DNA of 61,970 nucleotides, filler included, from Basidiobolus ranarum (Eukaryota): NCBI GenBank assembly GCA_040143965.1. It is 2 parts of 2 records of this genome, joined end to end, with 100 filler letters (N's around TTAATTAATTAA, not from the genome) between each part and the next. Parts side by side here need not be neighbours in the genome. Positions count along the whole stretch, not along the records: positions 31,051 to 61,970 come from JASJQH010000095.1; 1 more part is not named here. One strand, 5' to 3'. Shown piece by piece: positions 38,154 to 51,200 of this stretch (position 1 is its first letter; each line of letters starts with the position of its first letter). The notes under the pieces were generated by a model. It saw only the letters and a program-made list of their open reading frames with translations, ran no database searches and was not told where the DNA came from. The position numbers and the translations under genes were made by a program.

Positions 38154-41100
38154 ATGGTAGAGAATTCAACAGATTCTGAAAGCCCAGCACTTTCAACGAC
38201 TCTAAGCACACTGAACAGCCAGAATCTTTACAATGTCGAAACCCTTTTGTCAAAACGTATCAAACCAGAAGGTTGTTATTACTTGATCAAATGGCATGAC
38301 TATCCTACTGAAGAATCCACTTGGGAGCACGAATCACAGTTACTACATTGTTTCTCTTTAGTAACCCAGCTTGAAGAAGAAATAAGACCTCCTAATACCA
38401 CATTGTTTTTGTATACGTTTGATAAAGTCGATCCTTTGGATAATTTGAAACTTGAAGAAAAAGTTATAGCCTCTCTTAAGAAGCAAATTGAACTAAATTC
38501 GAAAAATACCCCGTATTTTCAAGAACTTCTTGAAAAATTGGCTTCCCCTGATACACCTATAAGTACCAAAGATAGTGTATTGCTATTCTGTTTGGAGTTA
38601 TTCGAGCCTATACAAGAGGCGGATTTCTCTTACACTACTCAGTCTGCGGATTCTGATAAAAAAAGTACGACTCCCAATCAAAATCCCTTGGAGAGGTCTG
38701 CATCACAAGATGATAGTACTACAGCTTCCGAACCTGACGATATTTCCAACACTGAATCTGCAACTTCAACTCACTCTAGTCCATTAAATCGTTTGCCTGA
38801 AAAAAATACAATATCCGAAGTAAGCAGTTGCTGGGAACCAAAAAAGCCCTCGAGTTATACTAATACTCCGACAAAAGAGTTAACAAAAGCATTGAAAATT
38901 CTCGCTCGGAACAAAACTAAAGGAGGGAAGATCACATTTCAGGTGTACTGGAGTAATGGTGTAACATCTTGGGTAGGTCCAAGTTGATATTGCTTCCTTT
39001 GGCATCTGATTTTTTAACTCGAGCGCTGTATATATATATATACATACATACATATGAATACAGGAGCCCATATCTAAACTAGGTGAATTCACGCATTTAG
39101 TTGATGAATATGAGCATATACAATTCAGCCGGTATGATTCGAAGCCACGAAGTGCTTATAACAGAAGGAAAGTACCCAAACACAAGCAGCATTGTAACGA
39201 CACTCGTAAAATAAGAGACACCGCTATTACTACATTCAGTGATATTGATACTGATTCGGACTGGTCACCAACTGATATTGGAATCTCTGATACTAATTTC
39301 AAGTTATATCCTTCGACTTGTAATTACTATTTGTATATGTTTCTTTCCCGCTTTTCAAATTTTAAAAAGTCAACTTGTTTTCTATTTTAGTTACGAATAG
39401 CAACACTTCACCCTCTTTGAGCTTGGGAAAGAGTGTAGGCACAACATCTCAATTTCGGAAACAATCTTCGTTAGCGTTAGCCCCATCTAATCAAATGACA
39501 ACCTCCAAAAGCTACATTTACAACGATAATTCTACTACAGATGAAAGTGATGCAGATCAAGAAGAATTTTGTCACCATAAAACTGTTATACTAGACAATG
39601 TACATAGCAAAGAGCATAATACTCCTACGACATCTCCACCAAAACCTACTCTTTCATCCCCAAGGTCTCACTATTTCGAGCGTCCCTCTAAACAAAGAAC
39701 TGAACCACCACGAGCTAATGAACTTAGGGATCATACACACTCTCCTGATACCATAGAACGAAGCTTAGTAGCAGAGAAAAAAAACAATCGAATCATGAAT
39801 CTCTTGGATAGTTATGTCCAAAAAGCTAAACCTTCTAGAGGCAAATCTCAGCCTTTACCTGGCTCCTCGGGTTTCAATTTGAATCAAACAGTCGAGCCAA
39901 TGAATCCTCAAAAGAGCAACCACGCCAAAATAACGAAGAAGAAAGGTAAAATTGTAGAGCAAACCTTCGCTAATGCTCAGATAGCTTTATGCAAACAAAC
40001 TCCCCCAAAAAAGTCTATCAATGAGCCTACTAATCCTCAAGCAAAGCAGTCAGCATTTTTGGATCGAAGCAATGAGGCTGCTACATGGTTAGAGATTGGT
40101 GAAGTTAAGACTCAGCCCAGTAAAGCCGAGATTATCAGGGAAGACAATATATCACGTACAAACTACCATGAAAAGGATAATTTGGAATCGAACTGCTGTT
40201 ACGTATGTGGTGGCAGAGGTATTAACAATGATAATCCTAATTATTTGAATCTGCTTGCCGAGCCGGAAGAGACCCTCCTATCATGCAATAGATGCTCATT
40301 TATTGCTCATAAAAAATGTATTTGTTCTACTCTTGGAGCTGTCGTACTTAAAAACGGGGTTTGCCAGCAAGAAGTAATACATAACTATAACATAAGTGAT
40401 TCGGAATCAGAGACGGCAAGTGAGAAATCAGTTGTAACCAGTATGGTAACTGTCTGGTGTTGTCATGATTGCATAAGATGGCCATACAAGGTTGAGAAAA
40501 TCTTAACTTATCGTGACTACCCTGTCAAACCAAGGCATCGAAAAGATACAGAGGATGATACAGAACAACCCAAATCTCAAACAATTAGAGAATTCTTGGT
40601 AAAATTTAAAGGCTTGTCTTACCATCATCTTGCATGGGCTCCTTCAAGATGGATACGTGATGTTGCCTCTGCTCGTTGCCGTTACTTTGAAAAGAAGAAT
40701 ATCGGACCTCAGCCAATTGCCGATGTGGTTAGAACTCAGTGGTACTATATTGATGAGGTTTTGGACGCACAATTGAGTAGGTCGATTAAGGTAGCATCTC
40801 CACAAGATGCATCAAAAATATACGTTAAATGGAAAGACTTACAATACGACGAGTCTACCTGGGAAGACCCGCCAGATTCGAAATCTATATTTTACCTTGG
40901 TTATGTTTCTGCTTTCAGCCGATATATCGAGGCTGCCAAAATTCCGCACTATATCTCTCCTAGCTTCAAATTATCTAGTTTCAAAGAATTACATTCCCAG
41001 CCTCCTTTCATTAACAACGGGAAGTTAATGAAGCACCAGCTCGATGGTTTGAATTGGCTCCTTTATAAATGGAAAAGTCGTTCTTCTTGTATTCTTGCAG

Positions 41101-44100
41101 ATGACATGGGTTTAGGCAAAACGATTCAGACAATATCGTTTTTGTCTGTTCTCTACAATGTTCATGATGTTCGTAATTTCCTTGTAGTGGTTCCAAACTC
41201 GGTAGTATCCAATTGGGTTAAAGAATTTATCAAATGGGCTCCAAACTTGATAGTTACTGCATACTACGGAACGAGCTCAAACCGTAATGTTGTACGTCGA
41301 TACAAACTCTTTCAAAAAGAAAACTATGAACGTGCTCAACTCAAGTGTCATGTTGTCATAACCACATATGAAACCATGATATCCGATACGGATATTTTGA
41401 GTCTTGTGAGACCTTGGGAAGTACTTGTGGTAGATGAAGGCCATCGACTAAAAAATGGAAATAGTCGACTTTTTGTTAAATTGAACCAATTAACCTTCCG
41501 ACACAAAGTCTTGTTAACCGGAACCCCGTTACAAAACGACATGAAAGAGCTTTTTAATCTCATGAGTTTTATTGACCCTAATAAGTTCTTTCAAAAGGAG
41601 AAAATGTCAATCGAGTACCAAAAACTGACGACGACGCGGGTTGAGGAGCTTCATAACATGTTAAAGCCATATTTCTTGAGAAGAACCAAAAATGAAGCAC
41701 TTAAATCGTTACCAACAAAAAGTGAAGTTATTGTACCAGTGTCCATGAGTCCTTTACAGAAAGAGCTCTACAAAGGAATTTTGAGTCGGAATCACGACTT
41801 GCTCAAATCCATTCTCGGTGTCGGCAAACCAGTGGGTCCAACTCGTAAAACTACGCTTGTGAATGCCTTGATGGAGCTACGAAAATGTCTCAATCACCCA
41901 TACTTATTAGATGGTGTCGAGGAAGCAGAAGAGTCAGAAGAACTTGTTCAAGAGAGATTAATCGACGCCTCGGCAAAGCTATCTCTTCTTCACTTATTGC
42001 TGCCGAAACTCCAGCAAAGGGGTCACAGAGTTCTCATATTTTCACAAATGACTCGGATGTTGGATATACTAGAGGATTATTTAACCTATGAAGGCTATGA
42101 ATATTGTAGACTTGATGGTAATACTCCTGGAGATCTTCGACAACAACTTGTCGATTCCTTCAATGAGCCTGGATCCAATCTTTTCATATTTCTACTCTCA
42201 ACTCGAGCTGGTGGAGTCGGATTGAATTTGGCTTCTGCCGATACAGTTATCATTTACGATCCAGATTTCAATCCACACGCAGATATACAGGCTCTTAGTC
42301 GAGCTCATCGCATCGGACAGGAAAAGCAAGTATTAGTATTTAAGTTCGTCACAAGAGGCTCTGCTGAAGAACGCATACTCCAGGTAGGAAAGAAGAAGAT
42401 AGTCATGGATCATTTAGTAATTGAAAAGATGGACCATGAGGACATGAATAAATCTCAAGTTGATAGTATTCTCAAATTTGGGGCTAAGGCACTTTTTTCT
42501 GAAGACATCGAGCCTAATCAATCTACACACACAGCAATCAAGTATGATGACAATGCCATTGAATCTCTGTTATTGAGAGCCAAGGAAGTTCAAACGAATC
42601 AGACTGGTACAGACGAGACGGGCAGTTCGAATGGGTTTGGATTTGCAAAGATTTGGTCTGGGGACTCTACGGTGTTGCAAGAGGAAGATGAAAGCTATTG
42701 GATGAGAGTTCTCAAAAACAGATTAGCCAAAGCTCAAGTCAAAGAGACCGTTCAATATGGCCGCGGTTCGAGAAAAAGACGCAAGGTAACTCTTAAGATT
42801 TATTGATTATACCATTGCTGGATGTTCATGAATTTCAATTTGTGCAGATGAAGAGGTCATTAGAAGAGGTCATGAGTTCAGTTGACGAGGTTTCATCCTC
42901 TGACTTTGAAGAGAATGATAATGAGTCAAGTACTTCGTTTGAAGTTCAGAGTCTAATCGCTAGTGACAATTCCAGATCTAAAGGTAAACAAAAACAGGAA
43001 TCCGAAAAGAAAAGAAGAAGGCCTAGGCAAGCATCGATAAAGCCCTCTATGAACCAGAGCTCCGATATCGTCGCACAGAAAGCCCTCAAGTCAGCGCCAA
43101 ACCACCCGAAATCTACTAAGCTTCAGTCATCTGCCCAAACCCGAACTATTAAAAAGGATATCTCTCAAAATACAGCAACTGGTATTGCCTCTACATTACA
43201 GCAACCACCTGATTTGAGAAAAAACATATATTTGCACTTGGCTTCAATTGGGGCGTACAACCCCTCTACTCACAAGCTCCTTGTAGCCCCCTTCATGATG
43301 TCATCTGGTGAAATCATGTACTATGCCCACGACATTGGCTATATGAATATGCAACAGATGTTGACTTACGTTCAAAGAATCAGACACAATGATAACAATA
43401 CCAATACCTCAAATCCCGAAATCCGTGGTATACCAAATGATATACAGGCCAACATGAATGCTTCAAGTACTCAACCTCATGACATCTCCACTGATAAGTG
43501 GGTCAACACCAATGCTGCACGTTTTCAATCCCGTGTCATACCAACTGATACACGGGTTAGCATCAACACGAACACCAACAAGATAAATGCGCACAACCCG
43601 CTAGATCGAAGATCCTCTCAATCTCAGCCTGCAACTCAAAATTCTACTACTTACAGCAGCGTCCAGACCTATCCCCAATCATATCCAAGACAAACTCTCC
43701 CAAGCACCTCATACTCTGCGCAGCAAACGCTAACACTACAAAAAGCCATCCTCAAAAGATTATCCTCAGAAAAAGATAATTATTGTATGCTATGTTTTCT
43801 CTCTAATCACACAGACCTATTATGTCCATTTCGCCAGAATTTAGAATGGCTTAACCGGCAATACTTTGTAGTTGCAAATATAAATTCGGCAGAAGTGCCA
43901 AAGAAGACCCTTGTCTTGAATCGCTTCAAACATTATATGTCCTTGGCAAAGAAACCACACCACCTGCCAAATACGAAATCACCTGAGCGAAGTCCAAACT
44001 CTGAATCCAGTCGGACAATTGAAAGTTACTCACTCCCCGCAACCAAGCTCAATCGAACCTGTACACCAAACTCATCTATACACCAGCAAGTCACCACTCT

Positions 44101-44953
44101 CAACTGTCCAAACGCCAAAATTGACAATCCTCAAAAACTGCTTGAAATCAAGGCAGCGATTAATGCTTTTACTTTCCACGACAGAAACTCTGATCGCGGA
44201 AATAAGCATTCTAATAATTCACATGACAACAATGCTCCTCATTTGTCTGTGACTTTAAGAAACGATCCAAGCGCACGGCCAAACGGTGAAACAAATATCA
44301 CACCGCATTCGTCAAAATCTCTTCAGACTGCTACTCCCCCAATTTGTATTGAACTGGATTCTTCAAGCGACGAAACTGATATTACTACAGATATTATACC
44401 CCAAAAAAAGATTAAGAACAGATTAACAGCTGAAAATCATTCAGCCATGAATAGCTTGGATTCCAAACAATCGGTTGTCACAAATACAGAAGAGATCCTG
44501 GAAACACAGTCTCAGTCTGTCACTCTCCCATTAAATGGGGGATTAGCGAGCGATATCGATAGCCTTTCGTCCTCCCCTGCAACCACCCATCGCCAAGTGA
44601 ATGTATTATTTGAGACTCAGTCCAGCACTAGCCTTGCTTGTAAAAACTACGCTCATTCCGAAGTTGGAGCTGTACTTGAAACATCTTCCCCACAAACTGA
44701 AGGTGGCAAAGATCCGACCAAGAATACTGAAATAGACCTTTCAACCAGTATCTCAACAACACCTATATTATTGTCATCTCACTCTGGTACGCCAGAAAGT
44801 AGAATGCGTGCAACTTCCCAATCCAAAAGGCTTTCACCATCTCATATATCTAGATCACCGAAAAAAAGAGGGACCATCATTCCAATTCCAACAAACAGAC
44901 CCAGAACAGGAGCCTCCCTTGATGCGAAATTTGGAAAGAATGGAAATTTTTAA
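38154..44953 (+). CDS. Mit1/CHD-type SNF2 chromatin remodeler with extra N-terminal chromodomains (exons 38154-38972, 39064-39319, 39391-42785, 42848-44953)
   Basis: PHD (CYVC...CNRC...HKKC...CHDC), double chromodomain, ILADDMGLGKT, DEGH, STRAGGVGLNL, QALSRAHRIGQ, C-terminal CMLC..H....CP finger; upstream exons join in frame via GT-AG. Confidence 0.85.
39029..39054. repeat. (TA)n/(TACA)n microsatellite in intron 1 of the remodeler
   Basis: TATATATATATATACATACATACATA. Confidence 0.8.
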
Positions 44954-45193
44954 TTAATATCACTATCCTTAATACTACTTCACTTTGCTTCATAGAACTG
45001 ACTAGTTGTAAATCCAATTCAGAATCTGTATTTTACCCTGATTTTCAAGTATTTTTCGTTGATTTTATTGAATATGTATAGAATATTAAAAGAATATATA
45101 GTCAACTCTGTATTTCATTAATCATGTATTTTGAGGTGTCTTCAGGTGGCAATAATTGAAAAGAATAATACATACGACGGGACTTGCATAGAT

Positions 45194-46918
45194 CTAATCT
45201 TTGTGAGGTTCTAGGTCCATAGATCCTTTGGAATGTTTGCGGGTACGTATTGTACTGGCTTTATCTCCGTCTCCTTGTGGTTCACTTGGTTCTTCAGTTA
45301 TTTCGGTGTCAGATAATTTATCCTTTAATTCATCCTCAGAAGTCAATGCCTCCATCTTAATATCAGCACCAAGATTTGAATTTACTCTTAGAGTGGAAGA
45401 TCCGACGGGATCATCGGATGTCAAGACTACTGCAGGTTCATCAAGAACTTCTAGATGACTTTTTTCGAAGAATCTGGGTAATATATACTGCTTAACTGGT
45501 ACCAACAATAGAATGAACACCGGGAAGGAGATGGCGGCAGGAGATTCAGTGATATAAAAGATCAAAGCAAGTAATAGAATTTGAATTACAGTAAACTTCA
45601 CTATCACTCTATAAGGAACACTGACGGTAGCCCACATCGGAGGGGTCAGTTTCTTATCAGTAAATATAAGCTTGACTCGATTGGCAAGTGTATTGTCTAC
45701 AAATGATTCCAATCCCATATAGAGGAAAAGTCCAGCAAGAACAGCGCGTGGAATCAATCCAAGAACATGAAGTATGGGCGGGAGAAGTGTAAGCCCAATT
45801 AATAAAGATTGCAAAAGTCCAGAAACACGTTGCTCATGAACATGATCTACAAATTCAATTCCTTTCTCTCCATTCCGCTTAATCTTGGATAAGGAACGAA
45901 CATGAAGTGGTGCTTGGGGAATCAATCCATTCGGGGCAGGAATTCCAATTATTCCTGAGATCAAAGTACATATACCCAATATGAAGAAATCATAATGGAA
46001 TGCTGGTCCTTTGCGAAGATGAAATTCTGGCCTTTGAGACAAAAGAGAGGATACGTTGTGATCAAAAAAGAAGAGAACAGTCAACACGATAGCGGGAACT
46101 ATAGATGCGAATACTGCCCAGAGTGGGAGTTCCCAGAATGGAACTAGCCAAGGTCGGCCAGTAGTCGTTTGAAATGTGCTTGGAACAGGAAGGCGTGCTA
46201 TCTCTAAAGTGGTAAGCTTTGGGAGATATGGAAGTGCAGTGAATAGAACGATGGCAAATGCAGCAGCATAATCAGCAATTATTCCGCGTATTCCTTTTTT
46301 AAATAATGTCCATTTTCTTGCACTAGCTAGAGAAGTGGCTACATAAAAAGTCCCAAACGCTAGCATAAGAGATAGCAAGGCTTGAGCTAAGGGACCTCCA
46401 GTGAAGTAACTCACAATCTCTTGAATTGCTTTCATGACATAAATAACGGCAATTAAGCAACCGAAGATTTCACAACTAAATTTAGTGACATACTTCAGAA
46501 AATTGCAACTATTACAAATAGCCAGAATTATGTGAAACAGCGTTGCCCAGATGCTTGCCCAAGCCATAAATGGGAGAAAATCTACATCAAGTTTTTGACA
46601 GATATCGAAAACGGTGGCAGAAAATATAGACACAGGACCTGTAACACCCATTATAACCAAAGGCTGTCCAGAAAAAATAGCAAATATCACACCACCTAAA
46701 GCGGTTGAAAGAATAACCTCCACTACTCCATAATTGTTCTGGGTACTTTTAGAAAGATCAGCAGCAAATGTGATTGAAGGTAAGATACTGCAAAAAAACA
46801 TAAAGATTGTTGAGGCCAAGACTTTACTCCGCAAACCATCCTTCCAGTCTGACCAATACAACGGAAGTCTTCTATTTAGATCGCTTCGAATCCCTTCAAA
46901 CAGATTGATTTTGAGCAT
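45194..46918 (-). CDS. BOR1: SLC4/HCO3- family borate transporter
   Basis: YWSDWKDG, FSGQPLVIMGVTGP, FFFDHNVS, NGLIPQAPLH, EQRVS; no large N-terminal cytosolic domain; first ATG at 46918. Confidence 0.9.
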   Translation of the reverse strand: MLKINLFEGIRSDLNRRLPLYWSDWKDGLRSKVLASTIFMFFCSILPSITFAADLSKSTQNNYGVVEVILSTALGGVIFAIFSGQPLVIMGVTGPVSIFSATVFDICQKLDVDFLPFMAWASIWATLFHIILAICNSCNFLKYVTKFSCEIFGCLIAVIYVMKAIQEIVSYFTGGPLAQALLSLMLAFGTFYVATSLASARKWTLFKKGIRGIIADYAAAFAIVLFTALPYLPKLTTLEIARLPVPSTFQTTTGRPWLVPFWELPLWAVFASIVPAIVLTVLFFFDHNVSSLLSQRPEFHLRKGPAFHYDFFILGICTLISGIIGIPAPNGLIPQAPLHVRSLSKIKRNGEKGIEFVDHVHEQRVSGLLQSLLIGLTLLPPILHVLGLIPRAVLAGLFLYMGLESFVDNTLANRVKLIFTDKKLTPPMWATVSVPYRVIVKFTVIQILLLALIFYITESPAAISFPVFILLLVPVKQYILPRFFEKSHLEVLDEPAVVLTSDDPVGSSTLRVNSNLGADIKMEALTSEDELKDKLSDTEITEEPSEPQGDGDKASTIRTRKHSKGSMDLEPHKD

Positions 46919-47198
46919 TTTCTTCACGATGTCCCAAATATGAAGACTTGTGGTGAAAAAAGCGAAAAAGAATACAATATGACTTCTATTGATGAAATAC
47001 AATAAACATGATAATTTGATTACATGGTTTCATGTCAATGTGATGAAAAAACTAAACATGTATTAGCTAAGCCAAAAAATGTATGCTTGCGAGATATTTT
47101 GCATTTTAGCAGAAAAAGTTTGACAATCTAAATTGCAGTTAACACCGTTTTAGTCATATATTTAATTATATTGGTGATTAGCTCAGTGACATAAACAT

Positions 47199-47708
47199 TC
47201 AAACACCATAACGGGATTCATAACATTTCTTTGAGTAATATCCGGTGCCTAGTAAACCGATGGTTCCCAAGGCCAAAGGAAGAGGTTTGCGTGTACGAAT
47301 GCCACGTGGGAGCATGGCTCCCGAGAGAAGAGCCGAGGTAGCTACACGAGCAACATAGTGTTAGGCCGTTATAGGCTTGTAGATATATCTATTGGAAATT
47401 ACCAGCAGCAAGTTCTGCACCGTATTCACGATTCTCTTTCAACAAATATCTATGTGAATTTCGTAAGTATACTGAGTGGGTAGTAAAAACGAGAAGCATA
47501 CTCTACGTAGAAACACCATAGAGAGTCCCGAAACTTAAACCAGCAATCAAGGAAGGCATTGAGCGTCCCTTGATGTAGCCAAAGATTCCACCAATAGCAC
47601 CTAGAGCATTTGGAAAAACAAGTGCATCAGTATATCCCTATGTCATATACACCTTGTGAATTAAACCCTACAGAGGCCAGCAAGAGTAGCAGCAGTGTGG
47701 TGCGACAT
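47199..47708 (-). CDS. TMEM14/UPF0136 small membrane protein, 106 aa (exons 47708-47672, 47600-47507, 47449-47403, 47341-47199)
   Basis: Spliced product MSHHTAATLAGLCAIGGIFGYIKGRSMPSLIAGLSFG...YGAELAAATSALLSGAMLPR...YYSKKCYESRYGV; not in ORF track. Confidence 0.88.
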
Positions 47709-48274
47709 TATCTAAATTCAAAAAATCAAAGAGTGCTAGTATAAAATAAGCCAAGTAGCTATACGATGGAAACGTTTGATATATTTAGTATATATATTGG
47801 CTTTTCTGACTAACCGAAGAAATATCCCTAATGGGGAAAAAATGGAGAATTTCCTATTTTATATGAAGAGTCCTGAGTGCTACATCGTTGTGTTGCACAT
47901 CGTATCCGCAATGCGCAAAGAATGTGTTCCGACGGGGATTGTGGATGAAAAGTGCCGTGTCATTACTTGCTGAGTATATATGCTTGAATAGTTGCCATAA
48001 TATTTGGATGCTCCGAGATTCTCCATAAAAAGTACATGCTGCCTCAGATACGTTGAAATGATTTTAGATTTTGTTGCTCCAAATCCTGGAAAAGTTGCCA
48101 TCCACATTTGATTTTTAATCATGATTTGAATTGGAGATAAAAATAATAAATTTGTAAAATCTTGCCTAGAGTTTCTAGTCTAAAATTTTAAAAATATATC
48201 AGAATCTGCTTAGTTTTTATCCATAGAACGAATAGGTATAAGGTGACCTGGCTTTTTTGCGACTTGACACTGCA

Positions 48275-51200
48275 ATGGAGGGAAGACTAGTGAGAAACTA
48301 CATTGTGAATCTTGGGGAAAGCTCCGGAGAAGCTACTTCCGTTCTAAACAAAATAATAGAAGGTAGCTAAAGTATTCATGAATCGTTGCGCTTCTAAATA
48401 CGATTTGTAAACAATGTTCCTTCACTTTGTAGGAATCGATCTCGGTCAAACCACTTTATTAAATCTCGTTCAAGCATTGGAAGAATTCTTAACTAACGAT
48501 GATAGTTCTTTGAGAGCTAAAGGTATATTTGATCGTGAATATATATATACATAATTGTATGACCTAACACTTATTGGTTTATCGTAGGAACAAATCTCCT
48601 TTCAACTGTTTTAGCTTCTTGCTCAAAAGAGCAAGTCAATAGCAAAGCCGGTAGCTTATACATTCTCCATTTCTATTGCATCGTTTGTTTACTAATGCCG
48701 AGTTCCTAGTCTCTGTTTTGTTAAACTTTTATAGCGATAGACTGGCCGACACTAGTTGCTTACAAGAGCTACTTAAAGGATTGTTGGCTTTACAGAGATT
48801 TAAATGGTTCGGGTCTAGTGCTTCGGTCAAAAGCGCGGAAAGGTGCGTATAGTTCTCCATTATCCGGACTCTAGAGTATCACATTAACGAAATCTTTAGT
48901 ATATTTGCTTCGGTTGACATGGGTACTTTACCACAAACAACGCGTTATATCGTATTTCAAATTCTCTATGGATTATTGGAGAATCATATAGCCAGTACTG
49001 TACAGTTTATATTTAATATTTCACAAAGGTCGAGAACTTATGGAGATTTCAATAGGTATCAAGAGTATGAAGGACCAGTTTGTTACTGGTTATTTAAACG
49101 TCATGGACGGAGAGAAGGATCCACGGAATTTGATGCTGGCCTTCAAGTCTGTCAAGAAAATAATTGACAACTTTGAGATAATCAATCATGTTGAGGTGAG
49201 GGGCTCTGTGAATTTATCAGCCGTCAGTCTTGGTTTGACCAAATATTTACTGTTTTTTAGAGCCTATTTGATGTTACCTTTTGCTATTTCCCAATTACCT
49301 TTAAGCCACCTCCAGGCGATCCATTTGGAATTACTGCAAATGATTTGAAGTTGGCATTAAGGTAGATATACGAAACGTTTCTATATCGAGATCAAAAGTG
49401 TTCTTAGCATTCGTATTTAGGCAATGCTTATCAGCAACACCTCTGTTTGCTGCACACAGTATGCCGCTTTTACTGGAAAAACTCTCATCTACCTCTGGAA
49501 ACGCCAAGGTTTGCAAAGAAGCGTAACAACTTGTAAAATCCAATGCTCTAACTTCATGCTATTTTTAGGTGGATTCTCTGGAGACTTTAGCTGAATGTAT
49601 TCCAGTTTATGGGCCAGAAAATCTGGCTTCTCATATTCCAGAGCTTCGTGTGATGCTGGAGGATGAGGTATTTTGTCATTTCTGCTTTATTTCATCGAGT
49701 TCATTTGCTTATCTTACTAATTTATCCCCAATATTTTAGCTTCTTGAACTCCCACCTGTCGATTTGGAAAATACCATCATGAACGTTATGTTTGTCCTGA
49801 TCAAGACTCTGGCTGAAGATAAGCAGGGTGAAAATCAAGGTTTGACCGAATTTGTGAAGCTTAATGTTCAAGATTCGATGGATGCACTCAAGGAGGCTGT
49901 CATTCCCAAACCTAGAGCAATTGGGAAAATGCTTCGAGCCACTGCAGGCGGTTCCGGTTAGTATTCCGCTTGCGAGTTTTATAATTGACTTGTCTAATGA
50001 TTAATTTGGTGTAAATTCATCTTAATATTTCAGTTGTATCAAACCGCCAGGTTGTAGAAAGTGTAGTTCCCTATTTGATTGACGTCTATAGCCATATAGA
50101 GTACACTTCAAAGAAAAATATTATTCTTGAAATTTTGCTTGATCTCCTTGATGCCAACAGAGAACTCTTCTGTATCAACAACTCGGATTCAAACACGTCC
50201 AGTGACTCTACTCCATTAATTGCCTTCAAGGACAAGCTCTTTGAGTTGTATTCTAGCGCTTTAAAGTCGTCCAACGAGCACAATGAACTGAGATCTGTTG
50301 GATTACGGGGCCTTTGCATAATGGTTTTGATCGATCAACTTCTATCTGATAATGAAGCTGGTGTTGCCGTTCAGCACATTGATTCCGCTCTCTTTGATGA
50401 GCTAAGTCAATCTCTTAATCAGGAAGCACTGGGTTCTCTGAACTCAATAGCTCAATTGCGACCATATGTGATTCGCAATGTTACTCTTCCGGATATATTA
50501 TCCACATTGCCGGACACCAGTGTGGACGTTACTCTGGCTCAAAGAAAAAAGATGGAAAAAAGCTTGAAGTATATTGAAAGTCTTTGTATTGAACCAGTAT
50601 TGTTTGAAGCCGCTACTTCCAGCCTGTTGCAAATCTTTAACAAATGCGTGGTTGAAAATACCAGTGATAATACACTTCCGCTACTGATTTTGTCTACTAT
50701 TCTTGGCATCTTGAAAACCAAGCATGAGAAGGGCCACTCGGATGTTACTTTGATTCTCAACTCACTCGTTACCCATCTCTTTTCCGAATCCATCTCAAAC
50801 TCGATTGACGGCCGCCAAAGTCTCTTGACGGATACAAGCGTCATTCTAGCCATTTCTAAGATCACAAATATTGTTTTCCGTAGCTTGGATACTCAAGAAC
50901 AAACCTTGTTTTTGGAGAGGGTTTTTGAAGTGTTTTATAGAGGCAATACCAATTCTTTAGTTTTCAATATCCATGCTCAAAGTTCTTTGGGTTTCTACCC
51001 ATTGAAATCCACATCACCCATCATTCAGACCAATCTCTCTGTTCTTTTCGCTTCAATTGTTTGCTGTTTGAGGAAAGAGGTAAAGCGCAATGTATTTCTT
51101 ATATGTAATGCAAACATCTTACGTGGAAAATCAATATGTTTAGGTTTTACTGCCTGTGGCCAATGTATCTGGATTTCTCTCCGAAATGCTCGAGTTTGCT

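Noticed and set aside
46919-47002. N-terminal extension of BOR1 in the ORF track
   Set aside because: Starts at a non-ATG codon; the eukaryotic start is more likely ATG 46918
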